NCBI GenBank assembly: GCA_904063045.1
Contig: CAJFCJ010000044.1
Coordinates: forward strand, 130,813-194,812
Direction: 5' to 3'
Length of the DNA stretch: 64,000 bases
Source of the DNA: Dimorphilus gyrociliatus
Lineage: Eukaryota > Animalia > Annelida
The notes beneath the pieces were generated by a model. It saw only the letters and a list, made by a program, of their open reading frames with translations, had not been told where the DNA came from and did no database searches. The position numbers were made by a program, and so were the translations under genes. The first letter of the stretch is position 1; every line of letters begins with the position of its first letter. Below, one piece after another: positions 53,116-64,000 of the stretch.

Positions 53116-55845
53116 GGGGTCGGGTGTGAACGTACCTGGGTGCGAACGTACCCGGGTGCGAACGTACCCTGGGCGGGTGCGAACGTACCCTGGGCGGGTG
53201 CGAACGTACCTGGGTACGTTCGCACCCTATTTTTATATTTATTTTATTTTTGAATTTTTGAATAAACATGTACATTGACACCCTTTTTTCCTTCTGTTCC
53301 TTCATTATATATTTGTTAATATATTGATTTGATAGAATGCAGATATTAAATAGAATACATATCCCATCAATATTAAATTACTACTTTAAAAGAAAATGTT
53401 GTTGAAAGTGAAATAGCAGCCATTTTAATAGTGATAGTTTTATTAAATAAACTTTCACTTGGAATATTTATCCTTGCAAAAGTAAAGCTATATTTACTGA
53501 ATAAATTTGGACAAAGTTCTTCTTGGAAGCTTCAACAGAAGTGAGTATTTATATCTAATCATTGAGATTGTTGATTCATGATATTTTGATGTAATATACT
53601 ATCTTCAATTGTGAAAAAGCTGAATATTTTTCATAAATAAAATTTCAGCCATTTTGAATATTTGGAAAGGAAATTTATTGATAACTGGAAATATTTTTAG
53701 ATAACCATCTACATTTGATTGAAGATTAAAAAATGGCTTTCAAATGTCACAATTGTCATTCAACAATTTATGGAAGGCAAAAATATTTGAAATGCAGCCT
53801 TTGTAAGAATCTTATTCATAGGAAATGCACAGGTATGTAACTCTTTAATCAGCTTTCATGTAATTATATTTTTTAACATATTCTTATAGAAACACATAAC
53901 ATACCAATTTGCAAACCTTGTAACAAAAGAAAATGTACTGTCATGCTCAAGAAGTTAACTAATCTGGAAATTCATCAATTCAAAGTAAATTCTGAAGAAA
54001 GCTTTATTGATGAAAGAAATAAGATTGCTGCAGTTGAGGAATCAATATTGGAGGATGAAAATCATGTTCTTTCAGAATGCCAATCAATGGACCTAGACTC
54101 TTTGGAGGAAGTTGAAGAGAATGCTGAAGAATATTGTGAATCATCCACAAAAAGTGATTTTGAGATTGTAAAAGGAGGAAGTAGAAAGGGACATGACATT
54201 TTACTGAATGATGGATATTCTTTTGTTGTTAAACATAAAACACCATCAAGTACTATTTGGGTGTGCAGTGTGAGAAGTAAGAAGAAAAGATGTGTGGCCA
54301 GAATAAGACAAAATGGAAATTTATTTCTCAAAGGCAATTTGGAACATAATCACAACAGAAAAAAGAATTTAGAAGTGGATATTAAAGTGAAAACAGATTT
54401 GAAAATTGTTTGCAGAAGTGATAATCAAACATCTGGAAGAAGCATTGCTGAAAAAGTTCTTCTATCCTATGAACCCAATGCAACTTGTCTTCCTGATATC
54501 AACTATTTGAAGAGAATGGCAAACTCAAATAGACAAAAGTTTAGGCCAGTGGAACCTAAAGTGTACAACTTTAATTTAGATGAAACATTTTTGCCTGATG
54601 AATTTTTGCAGAAAGATATTTGTGAAAATGGAGAAAGAATTTTAATCTTTGCAACAAACCATCAGCTGAATTTATTATCAAAATCCAACTGTTGGTACAT
54701 TGATGGTACTTTCAAGATTGTAAAAGAACCATTTTATCAACTTGTCACTATTCACTCATTTGTTAAGAAGAGTGGTGATATGAAGCAAGTTCCTCTTGTT
54801 TTTATTTTTCTGACTTCAAAGCATACCAAAGCATACTTACAAGCATTTCAAGTAAATATTTCATATTATCTCTTCAAAAGTGATGATAAATAAAGTTGCT
54901 TTTTTGTAGCATATCAACAATCTTATCAATGATTTTCATCCAAAAAGAATTACAATGGATTTTGAAAAAGGACTATGGAAAGCATTATCAAAAGTATATC
55001 CCCTCACTGAATTTCAAGGTTGTGTATTTCATTTCACACAAGCAGTATACAGGAAAATACAAGTCAGTTACATTCAAATATATATAACATTATCTATTAA
55101 ATAACTTATATTATTGAATAGGCTCTTGGCTATGTAAAGAAATACAAAGAAAAAGGAAATGATTGGAAAGATTTCAGAAAATTGATGGCTCTGCCATTCT
55201 TGCCAGCACATATTATTCAACCAACATTTGACAGCATAAATGCAGAACTTTGTGAAAAAAATAGATTTTTGGACCTGCTGCAATACTTCCAAACAAACTG
55301 GATCAAAAATAAATTATGGAAACCAAATAACTGGTCAGTTTTTGGTTTGTCTATTAGGACCAATAATGATTGTGAAGGATGGCATCAAAGAATGAATAGT
55401 AAGCTGCCTGCTAAAGGTTCTTTTTACATGCTGGTTGATGAGCTAAAAAAAGAGTCTGAGTTGATTGCAGTTTATGAGAAATTACTGTCAGAAAAAAGGA
55501 TTTACAAACATCAAAAGAAAAAGTATATTGACATCCAAAAGAAAATTTTTGATTTATGGGATGATTTCAAGTTGAACAAATTGACATCAATTGATCTATT
55601 AATGCAGACATCCCATATCTACTCTCCAGCATAAATATCATTTGTCAAGCTTTATTGTTTTTTAGTATAATATTTAGTCTTTTAAATACATACTTTTAGA
55701 TTTATAGCTAAATCTTTTATTCAAAAATTCAAAAATAAAATAAATATAAAAATAGGGTGCGAACGTACCCAGGTACGTTCGCACCCGCCCAGGGTACGTT
55801 CGCACCCGGGTACGTTCACACCCAGGTACGTTCGCACCCCAACTC
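53116..55845 (+). mobile_element. Full-length MULE, family D (GGGTGCGAACGTACC units)
   Basis: Long TIRs (about 53116-53270 and 55716-55845); perfect 9-bp TSD TGTAAATTT at 53107-53115 and 55846-55854. Confidence 0.95.
53733..55634 (+). CDS. Spliced PHD-FLYWCH-MULE transposase, 4 exons (53733-53832, 53890-54851, 54910-55062, 55122-55634), about 575 aa, no lesions seen
   Basis: Complete C4HC3 PHD across intron 1, acidic linker, FLYWCH, WYIDGTF, MDFE, GCVFH, TNNDCEGWH. Confidence 0.92.
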
Positions 55846-56838
55846 TGTAAATTTGAGTATTGAGTATGGTAGAAAACAGGCAGGATTGAAAACGGACTTT
55901 ATTCTAGAAGTTGAAGTTGGTGATCAGTTGCAAAAATGATTATTCTTTCATCTTTTTTGTGAATATCCTCTCTGAAAAATCCATTTGGAATAAATGTAAA
56001 ATTTATCAGAAAAGCTATTGACTCAAGTTCCTTTGGCCTGTTTTTTCTCCTTTGATAGTTAACAACCATGTAATTATTTCATAAATGCGTATACAATATC
56101 TTTTTACAATTACCATTCTTCTAATCTAAAGGCTTTTTAATCTAAATTTTCTTTGTTGAAAATTCTGGAAATTGTAGTCAAGAAATGTATTTATTGGCAA
56201 ATAATACCCAAATGTCTCACTACTATTTTACATTTCTCGATGGAACAACTTACAGATTGAAGGAAGCGAATGATGGAATATGTTAATGTATAATAGATCA
56301 ACCCTAAAATGATGATAAAGTATGCAAATCATTTTCCCAAAATATTAAAAAAAAAACTACAAAACAAAAAAATATTCCCTTCTTGTTTGTTTGTTTGTTT
56401 GTATCTGATTTATCAACTGAAGAGAAAAGAGTGAGAAGATATTGTGCATCAATCATTAATCTTCAGAAATATCCATTTGTATTGATGACTAAAACAAATT
56501 AAAGGTATGTATCTGTTGAATTTTCAAGTGTTTACCATCTAAAATATCACTTAAAATACATTATGACAATCCAGTATATTTCTATAAATAAAACACGATT
56601 ACAGCTCAGTTCAGATATTGTACAAGTTAATTTTCACCCACCACTCACCTGCAATTTCTTTATCAAATTTCTTTTCGTATTGAAATTACCTTAGAAAGTA
56701 ATTTTTAAAGAGAATCTGTATGAAATATAACTTGGTTGATTTGTTCTTCTGTTTTCAACATTTAAATATTCATTGTTTATTGGAAAATAACACACAAAAA
56801 AACACAAAAGAATGGAATGTTTTGCAAGTTGACAATAG

Positions 56839-58420
56839 TCATACGTTTATTACTTCGTAATAGCAAATTTTCATATTTGCTTCAGTTATACCAAAACCTT
56901 TTACGTAAACGGCCTGACAATAATCTTGGCCACAAGTACAAGAATAAGTACAGTAATCGTTATCGTTTCCACCAATCAGCTCACAGCCGATATAATCTCC
57001 TTGAAAGTTTGCTTCTATTTCAACATTTCCGGGAACATAGGCTAAAACTCCAGAAGTTACTAAACCTTTTTTAATATTAATACACTTTTGTAGATTTTCA
57101 CCTTTGATGACGATATGGAAATTTTTGAATGGAGAATCAACAGAAGGCCACGGAATTCTTAAATAGAATATTTGACCAATAGCGATATTCACACACGTTC
57201 CAGCGCTTTCCTCATCAATGATATTCTTTATTTTGTCACTATTGGAACTTTTTTCATCATTAAAAATTGGCGCATTTGTGCAGGAATGAATCAAAATTAT
57301 TTGAGGATTATCTTCAGGGTTATATTTGCAAGTGGAGGCTGTCGAAGTAAATGTTGAACATGCGTTTTGTCTATTATTAGGTATGTACATGATCATGTCG
57401 CAATTTATTTCATTATCGCATAGATCTTTACATTCCCTAATACTATTTACAGCATGTTCGTCTGCTGATCCACATTGCCTTTTAAAACAAGTTAGGGATT
57501 TCTGTGCGAGCCTATGATAAGTTACCTTGCTCATTAGATTAACTATAGCAGTAGGCTTCAATATGGTTGTTGATAAAATGCATGCAGTTGTGCTAAAATC
57601 GTAGTTAAAGCAACTGCATTCAGCATTCTCTAAACATTTTCTTGAGCATTCTTTAAAGTGAATTGAGCTGAATACTAACAATATTGATGCTGTCTGAACA
57701 GGTCTGGTAATTTTCACAAAGCCAGGTATGAATGTATCATCAAAGTAACATTTACCATCTTTAAAACAGCATCCGAACCCCTCGCAGTTGCTCTGCGATA
57801 TTGTAGTAGAGTCACATATTATATTGCTGATATTTGAACATTGTACTGGATTGGAAATGGTGTCTATTGGTGAAAAATTTTACAAGCAACAATTATTATT
57901 AATAATTCAAAAATGTATTCCTACAAACTGCAAACTCCGTTTTTTCTGCCGTAATAAATAAATCCTGCGGCTGGTTTATATACTTCTGGATTAGAGTATT
58001 TGTCCTTGTTGTTTAAATTGCACAAACTGTCAGCAGTCCTAAATTCAATTGACCTAAAAAGATGGTTTTTTTTTTTGACAATACAAACTCTTTTTATAAG
58101 ACAACGAAGAGAGAGGGAGAACAATACTCAACCTGCAAAGAGAATTTTGTAGACATTTATATTTACATTCTTCCAGAGCCATAACTTGTTGAAACACATT
58201 ATTACTCTCTATTCTATAGCCAGAAACTTTTTCCGTAAAACACACTATGAGTAAAGATAAAACAGAAAATAGTTAGCAGATATTTTTATATAAAGAGATA
58301 GATAAATGGAATATGGAAAATAGTATTACTATCTCTTCTTGATGATATAACTCGAAACTGTTGCTGTACAATTAATAATAAGAATAGTAAATTAAACATT
58401 GGCTGCAATCTTCCCACCAT
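56839..58420 (-). CDS. Secreted PAN/apple - trefoil - PAN - PAN - C-terminal beta-sandwich protein, 4 exons
   Basis: Signal-like MFNLLFLLLIV; PAN motifs (EECKYKC, KECSRKCLENAECSCFNY, RECKDLC); six-Cys trefoil-like CSNISNIICDSTTISQSNCEGFGCCFKDGKCYF at 57840-57742. Confidence 0.75.
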
Positions 58421-58942
58421 TTTCCATTTTTTTTTAGTATATTTGCCAGTAAATATTACTATCTCTCTCCATAACTCTAATTCTCTTCTATCTCTCACTG
58501 TCTCTCTTCCTTCCTGTTCATATTGTTGTCCACCTTTGCATATAATCCTCATTGTTCCACCTCTCTTTTTTCAATCTTTATGGCAGAAAAAATGGCTTAC
58601 ATTACTAATTAAGTAATCAAATGCTAAAAATTGATGACCAATATTCAATTATTGATATCTTTATTATAGAAGCCATATCACTTAAAACATTCAAACTATG
58701 TAGAAAAGCAAATAATGCATGAATTCTCAGAGTAAGGCTAACATTGTCATAAAAGTTAATAATTCATTAAAAATGATTGTTTCATTCTTCCTCATGGCAT
58801 ATTCATTAAAATAAACTAAATAGCAGTTCCATAGCTGTGAATAGGACGATATTACATTCATAATTCAAGAATTGTTTTTGAGCAAACAGCAAACGAACAA
58901 TAAGCCTTCATCTAATCTGAATTCTCTTGAATTATTTGATTC

Positions 58943-59598
58943 GAGAGTGGGTGAAACCATATCCATAAAAAGTATAGTTAATTAAAGATGTATTAATACT
59001 AAAGAAAGTGATGTATAATACTAAGAAAATCATCATAAAGAAATATTTAACAATAAAAGATAAAAAATATAGAAAAAGTGAGAATAAAAGAAAGAATACT
59101 ATGGAGCATAAATATATGATGTTTGAACTAATAGTTCATCAGCCAATAATCTTCCAAGTCTATAATTTTCCCAGATTTAAAAATTTGAAATGTTGATTGA
59201 AAATGAATATTATACCTGAAATTTTCTATATATTGCCTGTGCAAAATGGAATACACAACCATGAATTTTTGATTCTCGATATATTTTGGATACAGTTCTC
59301 CACACACCAATCTCAAAATCAATAGTAATTTTCTCAGGTTGTGATATGCCAGTCAGATTTCTGATACTCTGAAATATGAAATAGATTTTGAAAAGTTGAA
59401 AAATAAGTTGCGCATAATTATACCTTAAATGCCTTTTTATGGCTTTTTCTTTTTTTTGTTGTCATAAAGATAAATGTTAAGGGAAAATGTTTCATTTCAC
59501 CATCTTTTTTTACATAGCTGTATATAGATAAGAGGTGATAAAATGGATCTTTCACAATCTTAACTAGGTTTCTTATGGGTACGGTTTCACCCCTATTC
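58943..59598 (-). mobile_element. Second family B MULE derivative
   Basis: GGGTGAAACCATATCC and inverted GGGTACGGTTTCACCC ends; interior resembles 21060-21260 and 46830-46950; no TSD seen. Confidence 0.75.
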
Positions 59599-59599
59599 T

Positions 59600-60110
59600 T
59601 AACCAGGATGATAAAACATACATTCTTGAAGGTAAATTGGCAGTTTTACTCAAAAGACTACCTTTTGTAAAAACTTCTTATGGAGATATAGATTCTGAAA
59701 AGGAATGGGCAAGATATGTAATCAAGCCATTGAAATGTATCAAGTACATTGCGAAAAAACATTCAACTATTATTGCCTATTAATTGTAGACAGAATGTTC
59801 AATTCTTGATTGATGGTGATGTCAATACCTGCATGTATATTAATAAAGCACTCTCATCTCTATACCTAAGGTATTATTTTAATAGAAGGATTTATATAAT
59901 CTCCTCTTTAAATAATAGTTTAATGGCAATGGTATTCAAAAAATTGAATGGAAGCAAACTGGAATTATGTAAACAAAATGATGATTTGAATTTTGTTTGT
60001 TCACAAACAAAATTCCAGAGAAATATATATTCATATTTATACTCAATTGGCTAATCCTTCAATTCAAATTTGTGAGATAGAAATAGAAGAATAACAATTC
60101 CAGAAAGAGA
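59600..60110 (+). pseudogene. 3' fragment of a paralog of the 24107 gene
   Basis: GKLAVLLKRLP...GD...LKC, LIDGDVNTC, ending ICEIEIE in a shifted frame; abuts the MULE end. Confidence 0.6.
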
Positions 60111-60445
60111 ATATTATCATTTGAAATTTTAACATAAAATCAACTGACAAATATTCTATTATGTAGGTCAATCAAAAAATTTAAATACAAATGTTCTTGT
60201 TTAGATTAGAGCCCATTCATTCAATACATATTCCTTTTGACAAAATTCTCAAATGTCTTAAATATATTATGTGGACTTACAAGCCCTTGGGTTTGCCTAA
60301 CTATTCTGAATAGCCTTAACTCTTAGATGGTACCCCCACCCCTCTAACTACAAATCAATGGCTATCTCTTTCCTCCAAAACCAATTTTCAATTCAAAATC
60401 TAACATAAAAAAATCAGGTTTGATTTCTATCAATTTAACACAAGA

Positions 60446-61064
60446 ATGAATAAAACAATAGACAGTAGGACGGATGAATACGAAAATACTGTATGGTTAG
60501 AGAGTGATATCTTCCCAATGATTACACTACTACTTGCAGGATTGATGGGAATTCCGTTAAATGCTAGTTTGATTGATATTCCTATTTCCCTGCTCATGAT
60601 ATTGTTGAGAGAAGATCTTCAGAACTTGCCGTTTGTAATTTAAACCAAAGTTTCCCTTTCATCACTCAAGTGGCAATACCCATAAATATAACTTAAAGTC
60701 TATTACCTTGCGTTGCTATGAGAATATTAAACATTCTAATTGTGGTTAAAATTCGAGGACATATTACAGAAATGCAAACAATTGGAGGTGAAAAATGTAT
60801 TAAAGATTTAAAATCCTCGCTAGAAAATTAACAATTTTAACTTTATCTTTGTCAACTGTCTTCATAATAACAACTTTTCCAGTTATTGCATCAAATTTCT
60901 TACAATTGGCAGGTATTTTCCATCCTTTATGGAGGGTTAGGGTTCAACAATATTTCCAAAACTTAAATCATATGGCTAATTGTATATTCTATTGCCTATG
61001 TGGTGAAACTTTCAAAATGGAATTCTTAAAGACTATTGGTTGTTCAAGATTCCTTTCTCATTAA
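60446..61064 (+). pseudogene. Internally deleted peptide-type GPCR (TM1, then TM6-TM7)
   Basis: LMGIPLN (TM1), VFIITTFP (TM6), NHMANCIFYCLCGETFK (TM7); same family as 14719. Confidence 0.7.
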
Positions 61065-61199
61065 GAGTTTGCTATGAGAATAAATCAAGGAATAGACAGT
61101 AAATTAAATTATAATTACCAAGAGAGGGAGCCACAATCAGTATAATATTTAAATGGAAAAAATTTCCAATAACAGAGATTTGTTATTAATCTGAAATCC

Positions 61200-61826
61200 T
61201 TCTGTTTTTGGTAGAATTTGCATTTAGAATTTAGACAATTTAGACAAATAACAACAAATAGATTGTAATTTCTTAAATAAGTAACTTCCGGTTGTCAATG
61301 TGAAAGAGAATTCTTTAACAATTTGAAGAATCTTTTTGAAAATATTGCTTTACAATTTAACAGCAAAATATTAAAAAAAGAATAAAAGTTTAATTTCTCA
61401 AATACCAATATTGGTAGAAGGAATTTGACAAACTTTCTGCAAAATATCCCTTCAACATTCATCTTCTGTACTGAAATCATTCTGAGAAATTCAAATTTAA
61501 ATCATGATGCTGTTCATGAAAATCTTCAAATTTTATAAAATTATATTAAAATGCAATTTTCCATAAAAGTTTTGGATTTTAGTTTAAATTGTATTGGAAA
61601 GAGAAATTTTCTAAATTATTTACAATGCTTAATGGTAAATTGCAAAACGCTGGAGATGTTTTACTATCAGAGTGTTGGAATTGATAGTCACGTGGGCGGA
61701 GAGTTGAAAAAGTTTTTGAAAATTGAAATTAACTTTTTAAATAATGCATTTGATAAAAGGTTACTAAAGAAAATTAAATCTTTGGCTACGAAGAAGAGTT
61801 TTTGTATTTTGAAAAAAATTTTTTAA
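61200..61826 (+). pseudogene. Possible LRR fragment
   Basis: IKVLDFSLNCIG and LEMFYYQSVGI resemble RI-like repeats; short and broken. Confidence 0.35.
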
Positions 61827-63064
61827 ATATTCAAACAACTAGTTTTATTAGTTTATGTATTGTTTTTGTGTTGTTTTCAGTTTGTCCAAGTTCAGCTTTT
61901 AAACTTGGTTTTGAAATAAATCAATATCAGACAACTGTAGCTCCATCTGGTGTATTATCTACAACTTGTTTGTAAATGGTAACATCTAATGTATGTATGT
62001 AGTGACAAGCATTCAATAATTTAGCTGGTGAGTCAACATGCAAGTTTTATTCTCTAATGAATCATTTATATCTGTAGTTGTTTGTATATCAATTGAAAAC
62101 TGCAATGAATAGCTTGACAAATAAAGATTGATTTTTAGAACTCTATAAATTTCCTATTACAATCTCTTTATGACAATTGTATTAACTATTAAAAAATTTG
62201 AACTTAAAAAGTTTTTGAATTGGTTATTTTAAAATTTAAATAGCGTTGCAAATAGGAGAAAAAGACTCACTAGTTCATGAGAAGAGGATGGTTGCAAACC
62301 CTTTTAATGCTAAAATGTTTGGCTGAGTCATTTTAAGACATACATACATATATATCTTATGTGCAAATTGATTATATGCTTTTAAACATTTCAAGTGTTC
62401 TATCTCTAAGAATCAATAATACATTGAAACAGTATCATTTATAATTTGTTGTTCTTGCAGATAATAAACTAATAATGACTTGGCTGTTGCTGATGTAATT
62501 TCTATGAAAGACTCTTTGTTTATTATTTATATTGAAATATTGAAATATTAACATATTAATTGTTAATATACTCATAAATATAACCTAAATGCGTTTCATA
62601 GATTTCCAATTTTTGAAGATATCTCTTACCGAAACAAGACTTTTCTGAATAATTTCTGACCAGAGAGAGAAAGATACCTTGTTGAAAATGTCCAAATCCT
62701 GGACAAAAGCTATGATTAATATGATATCAATGATTGAGATTTTTCAACAAAAACATTATGTAGGATATGATATTCAGTTTGATGAAAAATGTTCGCAAAT
62801 GAGATATTAGGTTTAGGGTAAAAGCAAAGATTTGTCAACATTCTCCCTGTCATCCCTTGTTGTTAAAGAGGATCCTAAGTCTTCAGTTTTTCTATGTGTT
62901 TTGATTCACTTGGTGTGGTAGTTTCTATATTTAAATAAATAAATGATAAATATATGCATATACGTATTCAATTCATCACATGTTTAGTTAAAGAGTACAA
63001 AAGCTCCTCCCATTGAAAGCATAAAACAGAAAGGATCCTGTTGAATACTGGATAGAATAATACT

Positions 63065-63971
63065 CTAAAACATTAAAAATTTTCTCCCAAATCTGATTGT
63101 TATCATTACAAATTGTTTCTCCAAATTGGGTAAATTGTTTTCCTTAGGTGAACATTTCAATAAAATATCTTCAGCAATTTTTCTACCTGAAGATATAACA
63201 TCATTATTACAAACACTTTTCATTTCTTTCCTACATTTTATGTTTGTTATTAAACTTTTTCTTCTGTCATGATTATGACTTTGATGACCTGGCACAAAAG
63301 CATTTCCTTTTTGTTTGATTGTTGCAGGACAATGCACTGTTTTATTTCTGACACTACATCTCCAAATTATCATATTCTTGCCTCTTTTCTTTATATTAAA
63401 TGCAAATCCATCATATGATAAAATATCCTTTCCTCTCTGACTTCCACCAAGCAAAACTTTAAACTCTTTATCTACATATGTTGCTTCTTCTTCTTCTCCT
63501 TCTCCTTCATTTATCTCCTTAGAATTTTCATGATCCATGTTAGTATCTATTTGCATTTGTTCTTGATTTTCAGACAAGTGATTCTCATTCATAGCTGCAT
63601 GATTTTCATTTTCACCACTCATCTCTAATAAGTCTTTTGTATTATCATCATGATTCATGTAAGTATCAGTATCCCCCTGCTGTGGATTTTCAAAAAACCA
63701 TTCTCACCCAAAGCTACAATATTTTCATCTTGATCCTCTCTTTTCTGGTTCATTAGGTATCTTGATTTGTTTTTTAGAAATGTTTCACAAAGGGTGCAGA
63801 TGAACTGACTCTGGTCTTTGAAAAAAAGAAGATAATAATACTCAGTTTATACAGATTGTAACACTTGCTTTGAAGACACTTTTGATGAAGAATTTGATTG
63901 CATATAACACATTTTATTCTTTTTTGTCTGCCATAAAATCGATTTTTACAGGTTGAACAAACAGGAGCCAT
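63065..63971 (-). mobile_element. 5' half of another PHD-FLYWCH-MULE transposase (3' part missing; 5' TIR would lie beyond the window)
   Basis: MAPVCSTC...CVICNQILHQKC, acidic linker, GGSQRGKDIL...WRCSVR...HNH. Confidence 0.85.
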
Positions 63972-64000
63972 GTTTCAATTTGATGTTTGACTGAAAAAAT

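Noticed and set aside
53116-53230. Tandem GGGTGCGAACGTACC array as a CRISPR array or repeat protein (ORF 53066-53305)
   Set aside because: It is the left TIR of the family D MULE; the ORF is a chance read-through of the repeat.

Overview
AT-rich animal genomic DNA with short GT-AG introns (mostly about 50-75 nt where I could splice by eye), a 10-N gap and degenerate TTAGGG motifs. It resembles a compact lophotrochozoan genome; the gene families are reminiscent of dinophilid annelids, but taxon is inference only. No prokaryotic systems, CRISPR arrays, rRNA or tRNA were found. The window is a transposon-dense cluster of extracellular and immune/sensory-type genes, many of them broken: a triple SUEL lectin, an S1 serine protease, two GRL101-like LDLa-LRR GPCRs, several RI-like LRR genes (one with an N-terminal RING/B-box/coiled coil), a purple-acid-phosphatase fragment joined to a GDPH domain, CASPR-fibrinogen-like, fucolectin/PAN and PAN/trefoil secreted proteins, and two internally deleted GPCRs. 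Mobile DNA includes two apparently intact, spliced PHD-FLYWCH-MULE transposons with TSDs and about ten derivatives from at least five TIR families, one full-length Tc1-type element with DD35E spacing, and LTR remnants. The strongest candidate for something undescribed is the 34.6-38.2 kb LDLa-LRR-7TM receptor, whose tail splices in frame into a degenerate protein-kinase C-lobe (VNGNI catalytic-loop remnant, DIYSFG). All gene models were spliced by hand and domain calls are by motif recognition, not database search.
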